DNA of 64,000 nt from Trichormus sp. ATA11-4-KO1 (GTDB lineage Bacteria; Cyanobacteriota; Cyanobacteriia; Cyanobacteriales; Nostocaceae), in assembly GCA_019358915.1 (NCBI GenBank), contig JAHHIM010000010.1, positions 1 through 64,000 of the forward strand, given 5' to 3'. The position numbers were made by a program, and so were the translations under genes. The notes under the pieces were generated by a model that worked only from the letters and a program-made list of their open reading frames with translations, had not been told where the DNA came from and ran no database searches. Shown piece after piece: positions 20,501 to 29,960 of this stretch. The stretch's first letter is position 1. Every line of letters begins with the position of its first letter.

Positions 20501-20886
20501 GTTTATATCCCCGTTAGGGGAAGAGATTATGTAAAGGGCAGTGGCGTACCCACTCGCCTGGAGATTGGCGTTTACATCCCCGTTAGGGGAAGAGGTTATG
20601 TAAAGCGTGCTGGCAAGTAGGCGCTGAAGTGTTTAAGTTTACATCCCCGTTAGGGGAAGAGATTATGTAAAGAGGCAAATACTGATATGCAAAACGCATG
20701 TCAGGAATGTTTACATCCCCGTTAGGGGAAGAGGTTATGTAAAGGTGTGCCAGGCGATGCCTATAACCGTCGTTCGGAGAGTTTACATCCCCGTTAGGGG
20801 AAGAGGTTATGTAAAGCTGGTTGCTCTATGTTTTTCTTGTTTGTCTATTTGTTTACATCCCCGTTAGGGGAAGAGGTTATGTAAAG
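20501..20886 (-). CRISPR. CRISPR array 1: 6 repeats, 5 spacers (33, 31, 36, 36, 34 nt)
   Basis: 36-nt repeat GTTTACATCCCCGTTAGGGGAAGAGGTTATGTAAAG (+ strand) at 20501, 20570, 20637, 20709, 20781, 20851; most degenerate copy on the left and leader on the right imply minus-strand transcription. Confidence 0.97.
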
Positions 20887-21217
20887 AGTTCACGTCTGAA
20901 AGCTTGACTAGGACTGACTTTCAGACCCCCTAATCGACACACCTCTGAAATTTGACAAAAAACTTGCCAAAAATCATCAATTTTGTCGGTTGAAACCCTT
21001 GCTGTGTCAAGCATCGACACAGTTCAACGAAGTTATGCGGTTTTCAAGGTTCGGCGGAGGTGTGTAGATGAAACTCACAAGCTTGTTAAAACAGTAAGAT
21101 ATGTGGCTGATCACTGTCAAGATTGTTACAAAAACTTAAAGTGAGAGGCTCAGATACCCGACTTCTTGAAGAAGTCGGGGATCTTTATTGTTCGTGAGGT
21201 CATTCAAGAGCGATCGC
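20887..21217 (-). promoter_or_regulatory. CRISPR leader 1 and upstream region up to a HIP1 site
   Basis: Homologous to 22981-23312 and 35307-35743. Confidence 0.8.
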
Positions 21218-21246
21218 ACTGACTGAGAATGAGGGGATGCGATCGC
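21210..21246. repeat. HIP1-bracketed element copy A (GCGATCGC-ACTGACTGAGAATGAGGGGAT-GCGATCGC)
   Basis: Same core at 21944, 22735 and 24126. Confidence 0.9.
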
Positions 21247-21271
21247 AGTTTCCCTGTTACCCAATATATAT

Positions 21272-21874
21272 TTAGGCTGCAAATACTTGCTCAACTGTAA
21301 AATTTAATTCTGGGAAAGTGGGAGATACAATTTTATCTGTCCCTCGGTAAGCATTTGATTGATAAATACCTTGTTCATTGAGAACATATACAAAAATTGT
21401 GGGTTCTTTGGGATTACCTAAATAATTACGACTACCAATAGCTAAATAATCAACAATCCAATATTCATAAATACCTAAACGTTGATATTCTTCAAGTTTA
21501 TCTATATAGTCATCTTCCCAATTTGTGGAAACTATTTCTACAGCTAATTGTAAAGGTTCAACAAAAGCAGTATATGCAGATAAATTAGCATCCCATAGAT
21601 TTTTATCTACTACGCTAACATCAGGTACACGGCCTTGTTCTTGACCACTTGCGGTTAAGGTTCTAATTGTAATTCTTCCCGATACTCTGTAATTAAGATT
21701 CAGACGTTCAACTTCTTGATCTAATTTTTTGGTGATAAAATCTGCTAAATTATCATGTTTTCTGGTTGCTTGTATCCGCATTATTTCTCCATTTATAAGT
21801 TCATATCGACCTTCTTCGGGAAAGTTGTAGTTAAGGAATTGCTCAAAAGTGAGTCTGTTTTTAGTTAGAGTCAT
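21272..21874 (-). CDS. Uma2-family (DUF820) putative endonuclease
   Basis: RYELINGE, PDVSVV, LAVEIVS, KLEEYQRLGIYEYWIVD motifs. Confidence 0.92.
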   Translation of the reverse strand: MTLTKNRLTFEQFLNYNFPEEGRYELINGEIMRIQATRKHDNLADFITKKLDQEVERLNLNYRVSGRITIRTLTASGQEQGRVPDVSVVDKNLWDANLSAYTAFVEPLQLAVEIVSTNWEDDYIDKLEEYQRLGIYEYWIVDYLAIGSRNYLGNPKEPTIFVYVLNEQGIYQSNAYRGTDKIVSPTFPELNFTVEQVFAA

Positions 21875-21885
21875 ATTTTTTTATT

Positions 21886-21980
21886 TTTTTCTGATGAGAA
21901 TTAAATAACAAATGCGATCGCATTATATATAGATATTTTACGAGCGATCGCACTGACTGAGAATGAGGGGATGCGATCGT
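21886..21980. repeat. HIP1-bracketed element copy B (extended form with three HIP1-like sites)
   Basis: TTTTTCTGATGAGAATTAAATAACAAAT-HIP1-ATTATATATAGATATTTTACGA-HIP1-core-GCGATCGT. Confidence 0.9.
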
Positions 21981-22032
21981 TTGTTTTATCTTGTGATGTG
22001 ATATGCACATCCTCAACACTTAATACTTAAAT

Positions 22033-22383
22033 TCATGATTCATTAGTTTCTCCATTTAACATATCCATGACTACAGCTTTTAATGATGGTAAAAAATTAT
22101 GCACTGTTGCCCATACTACTGCTACATCCACTTGCCAGTATTCATGTACTAGTATATCTCTCATTCCTGCTATAGCTTGCCAAGGAATCTCTGAATAACT
22201 GTTGCGCTTGTCATCAGGAATTTTTTTCACTGCTTCGCCAATGATTTCTAATAGCTTGACTACCGCCAAAGTCTTTTCTCTATTTGCTTTAAAAGCATCA
22301 AAATTGATACCGTTGACAAAAAACTCAACTTCGGTAATAGCGTCTAGAATATCTTGTAAAAATTCCGTATAGCTGCGTTTCAT
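22033..22383 (-). CDS. HEPN/DUF86 toxin (HepT-like RNase)
   Basis: LEIIGEA, IPW..IAGMRDILVHEY (R-x4-H motif). Confidence 0.92.
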   Translation of the reverse strand: MKRSYTEFLQDILDAITEVEFFVNGINFDAFKANREKTLAVVKLLEIIGEAVKKIPDDKRNSYSEIPWQAIAGMRDILVHEYWQVDVAVVWATVHNFLPSLKAVVMDMLNGETNES

Positions 22384-22673
22384 ATATAGATAGTCTCAGA
22401 TAACACGCGATCCCGAATACGAGGCTTTAGTCCATTTTTAGTGACAATATCTACCTTTAAGTCAAACGCTTGACTCAAATAATCTTTCAGTTGAGCTAAT
22501 TTAATAAAAGTCGGCGCTGTTTCATAGTCAACCAGAATATCCACATCACTAAATTCTGTCTGTTCTCCTCTTGCATAAGATCCAAAAATACCTAGTTGTG
22601 TAATTTGATAAGTTTCACACAGGTATTGTTTTTGTGCTAATAAAATTTGCTTTAACTCATTAATAGTTTTCAT
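22380..22673 (-). CDS. Minimal nucleotidyltransferase antitoxin (MntA-like)
   Basis: FGSYARGE...SDVDILVD motif; 4-nt overlap with the HEPN gene. Confidence 0.92.
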   Translation of the reverse strand: MKTINELKQILLAQKQYLCETYQITQLGIFGSYARGEQTEFSDVDILVDYETAPTFIKLAQLKDYLSQAFDLKVDIVTKNGLKPRIRDRVLSETIYI

Positions 22674-22771
22674 TTTTCTCTGATGAGAGTTAAATAACCA
22701 ATGCGATCACACTATATATATAGTTATTTTACGAGCGATCGCACTGACTGAGGATGAGAGGATGCGATCGT
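22674..22771. repeat. HIP1-bracketed element copy C (extended form)
   Basis: Near-identical to copy B; begins directly upstream of the MNT start codon. Confidence 0.9.
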
Positions 22772-22796
22772 TTTATAGATAGATTGATTTTTGAAG

Positions 22797-22980
22797 GTTT
22801 TAATCCCCGTTAGGGGAAGAGGTTATGTAAAGTAATGGCGGTAACTTCCAGTGGATGGAACCTGTGGTGTTTACATCCCCGTTAGGGGAAGAGGTTATGT
22901 AAAGTGTTCCGCATTGACAAAGCACCGGTGGATGACGTGATTGGGTTTACATCCCCGTTAGGGGAAGAGGTTATGTAAAG
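22797..22980 (-). CRISPR. CRISPR array 2: 3 repeats, 2 spacers (36, 40 nt)
   Basis: Same repeat as array 1 at 22797 (degenerate GTTTTAATCC...), 22869 and 22945. Confidence 0.95.
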
Positions 22981-23312
22981 AGTTCACATCTAGAAGCCTT
23001 GCAGTGAGGAGGTTACAGACCCCCAATTCGACACCACTTTTTTCTTTAACCAAAGAAATTTCATAAGTCGCGGCTTTTGTAGCCTAAAACCCTTACTGTG
23101 CAAGCAATCGACACCAGTCAACGAATTTATGCGGTTTTCAAGGTTCTGGTGAGTGGTGTCGAAGATATTGAACACACTAGATAAAAAAGTAGGATATGTG
23201 GCTTATCGCTGTCAAGATTGTTATAAAAACTTAAAGTGAGAGGCTCAGATCCCCGACTTCTTCAAGAAGTCGGGGATCTTTATTGTTCGTGAGGTCATTC
23301 AAGAGCGATCGC
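22981..23312 (-). promoter_or_regulatory. CRISPR leader 2 and upstream region up to a HIP1 site
   Basis: Homologous to leaders 1 and 3. Confidence 0.8.
23247..23279. repeat. Palindromic dispersed repeat (second copy at 21152-21184)
   Basis: AGATCCCCGACTTCTT-C-AAGAAGTCGGGGATCT, 16-bp perfect arms. Confidence 0.85.
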
Positions 23313-23401
23313 CTGTTTAATTTGATATAAGTTTTGATGATTAATTCAACTAAAATATAATTATTAAATGGATAAACGTATCACAATCTAATTCATTCAC
23401 T

Positions 23402-23647
23402 ATGACAAATATTACCATTTTTAACATTGATGACAACATCAAATACCTATTGCAAGAACGAGCCTCAAAAAATGGTCGTTCCTTAGAAGAAGAAGCAACG
23501 GAGATTCTCCGCCTTGCTTTATGCGAAAATCAACAACAGCCTGTCAATATTGTAAATATGATAGAAAAACGCTTTTCTCACTTAGGAGATTTTGAACTAG
23601 GAGAAATTACCAGAGAATCTATGCGTTCTGCGCCAAATTTTGAATGA
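23402..23647 (+). CDS. FitA/VapB-like ribbon-helix-helix antitoxin
   Basis: NITIFNIDD...LQERASKNGRSLEEEATEIL pattern; overlaps the PIN gene. Confidence 0.85.
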   Translation: MTNITIFNIDDNIKYLLQERASKNGRSLEEEATEILRLALCENQQQPVNIVNMIEKRFSHLGDFELGEITRESMRSAPNFE

Positions 23648-24075
23648 TGATTATCCTTGATACTAATGTGTTGTCAGAATTAATCAAACCTCAAGGTTCT
23701 AAAGTAGTTCGTAATTGGGCAGCGCAACAACCTGTAATCAGTTTATTTACTACAACAATTACACAAGCAGAAATACTCTATGGCATCGCCATTTTACCAG
23801 AAGGCAAGCGGAAATATGAACTCTACCAAGCCGCTACTTTAATGTTTGCAGAAGACTTTATGGGACGTGTTCTCTCATTCGATGAATTGGCTGCTGTAGC
23901 TTTTGCTAATATTTCAGCCCAAAGCAGAGAAAGTGGAACTCCCATATCTCAAGCTGATGCCCAAATTGCTGCTATTTGTTACTCTCATAATGCAGCTATA
24001 GCAACTCGTAATGTTGCTGATTTTGTAGGCTGCGGAATTTTTATTATTAATCCTTGGGAAGAGAAATCCCCATAA
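23644..24075 (+). CDS. vapC: VapC/FitB PIN-domain toxin
   Basis: ILDTNVLSE, ITQAEI, ADAQIAA, ATRNVADF, INPW motifs. Confidence 0.92.
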   Translation: MMIILDTNVLSELIKPQGSKVVRNWAAQQPVISLFTTTITQAEILYGIAILPEGKRKYELYQAATLMFAEDFMGRVLSFDELAAVAFANISAQSRESGTPISQADAQIAAICYSHNAAIATRNVADFVGCGIFIINPWEEKSP

Positions 24076-24097
24076 TTAATTGTTAAAAAAAAAGTCG

Positions 24098-24162
24098 TTT
24101 TTCTGATGAAAATTAAATAACTAATGCGATCGCACTGACTGAGAATGAGGGAATGCGATCGT
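24098..24162. repeat. HIP1-bracketed element copy D (middle segment absent)
   Basis: TTTTTCTGATGAAAATTAAATAACTAAT-HIP1-ACTGACTGAGAATGAGGGAAT-GCGATCGT. Confidence 0.9.
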
Positions 24163-24195
24163 TCTTTAGCTTTTTTTACTTAGTTTATAACTCTC

Positions 24196-24741
24196 TTATG
24201 TATTTTCAGAAACAAAAGTAGACAAGATAGCAAAAATATCAGAAATTAGTCGAAGAGGAGTATTAGATACAGAATACCAGCGATATGTGTTTAGTAAACT
24301 CCAATGATTTTGTTTTAATGCCTGGTTATCACCATAAGTATAAATAATAATAGGACTTCTCTGTCTTTTTGCTTCATTAAATACGGCTTCAAAATAATCG
24401 AAATTAATACCTACTCCTAAAATCACAAGGCTTTTATTATTTACAATAGTAATTTGATTAGGATTATGTCCTTTAATTAAAATAGGTTCTACTTTTTTAA
24501 ACAAAGGATTCCTTTTAATTTCTGTAAGTTCAGCATTCATATCCTTATCATGTTGGTTTGGTGGATCAAACATCTGAAGTTTCCTATCTAAATTTTCAAA
24601 TAGTATATTTTCTCGTTGAAAAACAGTATTGAGAACTTTATAAGTGGTGAATGAACCAACAGCTATGGAAATAAGAGTAGTCAAAATACTCTTGAGTGAA
24701 TCAAGATTACTCAAATATTGGTAGATATTTAGATTGCTCAT
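24196..24741 (-). CDS. Single-TM protein with C-terminal receiver-like alpha/beta domain (NARF/Cam2-like candidate effector)
   Basis: ATG 24741 with GGAG RBS; TM ILTTLISIAVGSFTTY; C-terminal IIIYTYG...YSVSNTPLRLI resembles 34023-34868; divergent from cas10. Confidence 0.55.
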   Translation of the reverse strand: MSNLNIYQYLSNLDSLKSILTTLISIAVGSFTTYKVLNTVFQRENILFENLDRKLQMFDPPNQHDKDMNAELTEIKRNPLFKKVEPILIKGHNPNQITIVNNKSLVILGVGINFDYFEAVFNEAKRQRSPIIIYTYGDNQALKQNHWSLLNTYRWYSVSNTPLRLISDIFAILSTFVSENT

Positions 24742-25121
24742 GTGATTTACTCCAAGGAAATTAATGTTATTTTTGGGCTTAACCAAGATATCTGCCAGAT
24801 TAAAGCATAAAATCGCCACTGTTTAAAATCAAAGTATAAAAATGTAAACACTGCTATCTTGTGAGATAGATCACTGACAGACTAGATAAGTTAACAAATG
24901 AGGTGAGTAATTGAATAAAATTTTTACTAAAGAAAATTAATTTTTATTACTAACTCTAGAAAATTAAGAAATATTGAATTTTTTTGGTTTTATTGAAAAC
25001 TCAGTGTGAAATAGTATAAATCTTTAATAGATAAAATTATTACCTGCTTCACAAAGTCTATTAGGTGAAAAAAATAACTGCTAATAGGTTTGTGCTACTT
25101 ATTAATGATTGCTTTAACGCC

Positions 25122-27476
25122 ATGACAGACGAATCAAGTATACGTACAATTACTGCTTTAAGCTGGTGTCTTGCTTGGGGTGAAAAGCACAAGCTAAATG
25201 AGGATAAACTAAGTGCCTTGCATCAAATGAGACAGGCATTATCTATAAGTCAGACTATGCCAAAAAGCATAGAACATTTTGTCCAACAGGCAAAAGGACT
25301 TTACGCAATATCTGACAAAGACTTTCCTAAAACCCTAGACGAGTTACACAAAGATTATCCTGACCTCTGGGAACAGAAAACGCCTATTGGCTTAGTTTAT
25401 GGTGGTGCGACAAAAATTAAACAATATGTTTTTGAAGCGGCGAAATTACCTGATATTCGTGGTGCTTCAGCACTCCTTGACCGGATAAATTTGTTCGATT
25501 TACCTAAATTTTTTGGTGATGGTAAACCTTCAAAATCAATCGAAGAGTGGTTAGATAATAATTTTCCAGATTTGAGAAAAGCTTTAATCCCGGAACTCAT
25601 TATCTATTCTACAGGTGGTAACATTCTCGCATTTTGTCCGGCGGCTTTTGTAGATGATTTAGCACAGGCTATTGAAAAACGCTACACTCACGAAACGCTT
25701 ACAGCTAATTCTTGTGCAGTTGGCGATACTTTTAAGTTATTAGAATTTCGCTTTGGTTTATTGTCAGACAACATTGCAGATACTTTCTGGTTTGATCAGT
25801 ATGAAAAAAATCAAGATAATTCTGTAATTAAAGCTTATTTTGATCAACCAGAAGTTAATGATCCTTTTGAAAGATTTAAAAATCGGAAAAATTTTAATGA
25901 ACTGGTGGGTAAATTAGCAAACCAGTTTACACAAAGACGAAATGGGAATGATTTTCCTAAACGTCCGAGTCGCTGCTATCCACCTATGTTTGAAACTCAT
26001 CCATATATACAACGGGATGAAAGCGATCGCCGTTCTGCAATTATGGATGTAGACTTACCAAATAGTAGTTTTTTGTCGGAACCTCTAGCACGAAAACGCT
26101 TGGTAGGCGAGATAGCTAAACGCGAAAGTTCTCACGCCTGGTATGATAAAGCTAATTTAAAATGGAAACCTTTTGATATTTGGATTCCTAGCTGGGTAAA
26201 AAAGTTTGAAGAATTTCTCAAACAAAAAGAGAACCAACACTTAGCTAGTCAATATTATGGCGATGTTAATAAAAAAGACGTTGAAGAAGCGCGTTCTCTG
26301 CGAGAAATTGCATCAGCAAGTAACCCATCTGGATTTGTGGCTTATATTTATGCTGATGGTAACAATATGGGTGGCTATATTCGCCAGAAAATTAAAACAC
26401 CCCAAGATTACCAGCTTTTTAGTCATGATGTTTTTGATGCTACAGAAAAATCAGTTTATGCAGCTTTAGCTAACTATTTGCATCCTTATGAATATACGCC
26501 TGATGCTAAATCTAGTAGAAGCGATAAAAAACCTGTTTGGATTCATCCTTTTGAAATTATTACTATTGGGGGTGATGATGTATTATTGGTTGTTCCTGCA
26601 AATAAAGCTTTAGAAATTGCTAAAATGATTGGCAATCAGTTTGAAGAAAAACTGCTAGATACTAATCGTTATTCATTACAAAAAATACAGCCTAATTTAT
26701 TAGCGCATCGTTACAACACAGGTGAAAATCCCGCTTCTCAATGTTTGTTGAGTATGTCAACAGGAGTGTTAATTACAGCGCAGGATACACCAATTTATTA
26801 TGCAGATAAGTTAGTTAGCCAATTATTAAAATCAGCTAAGAAATATGCAAAAGAGTTGAAAAAAGACCACAAATATTATAGTGGTACAGTAGATTTTTTG
26901 GTGATGAAAGCTGTAACCATGATTTCCTCGAATATTAAGGATTTTCGCGAACAGGGGTTAATCAAAAATAAAGATGGACAATCTAAGTTAAAGCTTTATG
27001 CTTCTCCTTATACATTATATGAACTAGGAGGATTATTAGAAACTGCTAAAGCTTTTAAACAAGCTGAATTTCCGCGTTCGCAACTTTATCAAATTCGCAG
27101 TTTACTAGAACGAGGTAAGCGTACAGCTATTTTGAATTATCGCTATTTTCGGATTCGGTTAATGAATGAAAAAGCTAAACAAGAGTTAGAAGATAAATTT
27201 GACTTAGCTTGGTGTAATGCACTGACAAATAATGGGAATATAGCACCTTGGTTATGTGATATTGCTAATCTTCGTCGTAACTTATTGTTACTAATTTTCC
27301 TTAAGGCTTTACCGCCAGAAGATTTCCGATTGCGCTATGTAGTTATAACTTTACTGAAAAAATATACTTATGAAACAATTTGGCGAGAATTAGTTGATTT
27401 GTATCCGTTTATTGAGAAACCAAAAGATGATCTCGATGAATCTACACCATCAGAAGCATCAGAGGTCAGTCTATGA
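25122..27476 (+). CDS. cas10: Type III-D Cas10 (palm/cyclase intact, no HD domain)
   Basis: GGATKIKQYVFE...IRGASALL, YSTGGN, YADGNNMG, IGGDDVLL; ATG 25122 preferred to GTG 25065. Confidence 0.93.
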   Translation: MTDESSIRTITALSWCLAWGEKHKLNEDKLSALHQMRQALSISQTMPKSIEHFVQQAKGLYAISDKDFPKTLDELHKDYPDLWEQKTPIGLVYGGATKIKQYVFEAAKLPDIRGASALLDRINLFDLPKFFGDGKPSKSIEEWLDNNFPDLRKALIPELIIYSTGGNILAFCPAAFVDDLAQAIEKRYTHETLTANSCAVGDTFKLLEFRFGLLSDNIADTFWFDQYEKNQDNSVIKAYFDQPEVNDPFERFKNRKNFNELVGKLANQFTQRRNGNDFPKRPSRCYPPMFETHPYIQRDESDRRSAIMDVDLPNSSFLSEPLARKRLVGEIAKRESSHAWYDKANLKWKPFDIWIPSWVKKFEEFLKQKENQHLASQYYGDVNKKDVEEARSLREIASASNPSGFVAYIYADGNNMGGYIRQKIKTPQDYQLFSHDVFDATEKSVYAALANYLHPYEYTPDAKSSRSDKKPVWIHPFEIITIGGDDVLLVVPANKALEIAKMIGNQFEEKLLDTNRYSLQKIQPNLLAHRYNTGENPASQCLLSMSTGVLITAQDTPIYYADKLVSQLLKSAKKYAKELKKDHKYYSGTVDFLVMKAVTMISSNIKDFREQGLIKNKDGQSKLKLYASPYTLYELGGLLETAKAFKQAEFPRSQLYQIRSLLERGKRTAILNYRYFRIRLMNEKAKQELEDKFDLAWCNALTNNGNIAPWLCDIANLRRNLLLLIFLKALPPEDFRLRYVVITLLKKYTYETIWRELVDLYPFIEKPKDDLDESTPSEASEVSL

Positions 27477-28183
27477 TTTATTTAGATGACCTTTCCGCAA
27501 TGGAAACTGAAACTATATCCTTGAATGCTGTCATTGACACTGCATTATGTGTAGGTGCGGGTGGTTCTTCTGGTTCATTAGCAGATAAACCTATAGTTCG
27601 TAATGCACAAGGACAACTGCTAATACCTGCGTCCCAGATCAAAGGAAGATTGCGTCATGAATGTGAAAAATTAGCGCGTAGTTTAGGATGGCAAATTTTT
27701 TCAGCACCAACTGCTAATTTACTTTGTCCTAGAGAAGAACAGGTATTAAGTCAGTTTAGAAATGATTATAAAGTTCCGGGTTATAAAGGATATCACTGTT
27801 TTGTTTCTCAAATATTTGGTAATCCAATTTTACCTTCACGGGTGATTGTTGATGATTTGATTTGCTCTGTAGCAGCAGATTTACCAGAAGTTTTGCGTCC
27901 TGGGGTGACAATTAACCGCAAAAGACGCACCGCAGAAGAAAAGAAATTATATTTATTAGAAACTTCTCCAGTCAATGCTCAATTAAGTTTTACAGGAGAA
28001 ATTCATCTATTACCAAATTGTCCAAATTATGCCAAACCTTTGATAATTGCTGCTTTACATCATATTCACGCCTTGGGTGGTAGCAAATCTGCGGGGTTAG
28101 GATGGTTGCGTTGGGAGAGATTACCAAAAATTTCTAGTGATGATGAGGTTTGGTTAAGTTTATTACCAAAGGCAAAATCATGA
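27473..28183 (+). CDS. csm3: Cas7-group RAMP (Csm3-like)
   Basis: LCVGAG, ADKPIVR, IPASQIKGRLR, LGGSKSAGLG loop. Confidence 0.85.
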   Translation: MIYLDDLSAMETETISLNAVIDTALCVGAGGSSGSLADKPIVRNAQGQLLIPASQIKGRLRHECEKLARSLGWQIFSAPTANLLCPREEQVLSQFRNDYKVPGYKGYHCFVSQIFGNPILPSRVIVDDLICSVAADLPEVLRPGVTINRKRRTAEEKKLYLLETSPVNAQLSFTGEIHLLPNCPNYAKPLIIAALHHIHALGGSKSAGLGWLRWERLPKISSDDEVWLSLLPKAKS

Positions 28184-29460
28184 CCAGACTAGAATTAATG
28201 ATTACAGCTTTATCTCCCCTCGCACCTGGGCGACAAAAACCCGGTGGTTCTGTGAGTGAGGTGGAAAACTATATTGCAGGTTCGGTGTTACGAGGTGCGA
28301 TCGCTTACCAAATTTTACAACTATCTGGTCAGCAGTCAGCAAATTTAGCCGCGAATGGTGGGGATTTTCAAACTCTATTTTTAGGGGAAAATCCGGCGAT
28401 TTTTAGCAATGCTTACCCCGCAGTTACCAAAATAGGCAATAAATCCACAGTTGTAAATCATCCCATTCAGGTTTTACCTGCAACTGCTGTAAGTTCCAAA
28501 ACCAATCCTGGCTTTACTTCCAGTAGTGGACATGGAGTGTTTGATACTCTCATTGATAGCTTTTGTGCAACAGCTTACAATCAAGTTTACGACCCCAGCG
28601 ACCCCCAGGCGATCGCCCAAGGAACAAATCCCCAGGTAGAAACCTACAGCACTTTTTACAGTCAAGTAGACAACAAATATTACAGTCATGATGCGAGTAG
28701 CCGCTTTTTAACACGCGTGGGAATTAATCGTCGTCGCGCTACCGCAGAAGAAGAAATCCTTTACAGTGTGCAAGTTTTAAATGAGTCTTTTTTGAAAGAT
28801 ACCAAGACAGATGAATGGGGTAACTTCGTTTTTCGCGGTTTTGTTGTGGTTGATGATGCAACTTTGGCTGAAAGGTTGCAAAAATTCATCGAAAACAATT
28901 CCTGTAACTTTCGCATTGGTGGTTCTGCTTCCAGAGGTTTAGGAAAGGTGAATATTGCAGTCACACCGGGAAATCCACCAGTTAAAAGTATTCAAACTCG
29001 AATTGAGGAGTTTAACGCAGAATTAAAAAAGAGATGGGGTCTTTGGTCTGTTTTTGATCAACCTCAACATGATTTATTAACAGATAGAATTTTTTTCACA
29101 CTCGATTTACAATCAGATGCTATTCTGAGCGAGAATTGGCAACGCACAACTGTAGTGTCAGCTAATATGCTGAAGGAATTTGCCAAAGTTGATTTATCAC
29201 TGGAAATGCACGTTGCTTACAGCAGTTATGAATATCGTTCCGGCTGGAATAGCGCTTGGGGATTAATGAAAGATGTTGAACTAGTGACGAATAAAGGTTC
29301 TGTGTACCTGTTCAGCACAACCGCAGCAGAAAAAGATAAATGGTATGCAGCTTTAGAAATTATAGAAGCAAAAGGAATAGGCGATCGCACCTGCGAAGGC
29401 TTTGGACAGGTGGAGGTTTGTCATGAATTTCATCAAGTTTTTCGGGAGAATGCAAAATGA
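28180..29460 (+). CDS. csx10: Cas5-group RAMP Csx10 (III-D signature)
   Basis: LSPLA, YIAGSVLRGA, TRVGINRRR, IGGSASRGLG and GIGDRTCEGFG loops; ATGA overlap with the upstream gene. Confidence 0.85.
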   Translation: MTRLELMITALSPLAPGRQKPGGSVSEVENYIAGSVLRGAIAYQILQLSGQQSANLAANGGDFQTLFLGENPAIFSNAYPAVTKIGNKSTVVNHPIQVLPATAVSSKTNPGFTSSSGHGVFDTLIDSFCATAYNQVYDPSDPQAIAQGTNPQVETYSTFYSQVDNKYYSHDASSRFLTRVGINRRRATAEEEILYSVQVLNESFLKDTKTDEWGNFVFRGFVVVDDATLAERLQKFIENNSCNFRIGGSASRGLGKVNIAVTPGNPPVKSIQTRIEEFNAELKKRWGLWSVFDQPQHDLLTDRIFFTLDLQSDAILSENWQRTTVVSANMLKEFAKVDLSLEMHVAYSSYEYRSGWNSAWGLMKDVELVTNKGSVYLFSTTAAEKDKWYAALEIIEAKGIGDRTCEGFGQVEVCHEFHQVFRENAK

Positions 29461-29936
29461 CTCAGAGATTAGACCCCAAAGTAGCGCTAAATGTGCAAAA
29501 AGCCATTCGCCAAGCAGAAGATGAGTTGGTGATTGCGATTGAAACAGCTTTAGATAATTGTGAATATAGTAAAACTGGGGATAAAAAATTAGAGGAATCA
29601 CAGTTTAATAATTTGCTGAGAGTTGCTGACACCACAGATAGTTCAGAAGTGATTAAAAATTTTATCTGTTATCAAGTTGGTAGGGATAAAAAGTGGGGGA
29701 GAGGTGAAAATTCTCTTGCTGCTCAAATTATTCGAGATATAAATGTAACTCTTAAAGCTAAAGCTAATCAAATTGTTGCCGATAATCCAGGGTCATCTGA
29801 ATATAATAAAGATATTTTGATACAACTTATTCGTCGCTATATTGGTTATGGTTCGCGTTATTTATTATATCTTAATAAAATAAGAGATGAGGAAAATATA
29901 TCAGTTGTTGAACCTCGCACTTCTGAAAGTATTTAG
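29457..29936 (+). CDS. Probable Cas11 small subunit (Csm2-like)
   Basis: Small helical protein, SQFNNL...NFICYQVGR motif, operon position. Confidence 0.65.
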   Translation: MTQRLDPKVALNVQKAIRQAEDELVIAIETALDNCEYSKTGDKKLEESQFNNLLRVADTTDSSEVIKNFICYQVGRDKKWGRGENSLAAQIIRDINVTLKAKANQIVADNPGSSEYNKDILIQLIRRYIGYGSRYLLYLNKIRDEENISVVEPRTSESI

Positions 29937-29960
29937 ACATAAAAATGGAAAGTAAAATTT

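Noticed and set aside
22990..23175. 61-aa ORF
   Set aside because: Lies within CRISPR leader 2; no protein-like features
21210..24162. The 37-nt HIP1 element as a CRISPR repeat
   Set aside because: Copies are 0.7-1.4 kb apart with genes between them, and are unrelated to the array repeat
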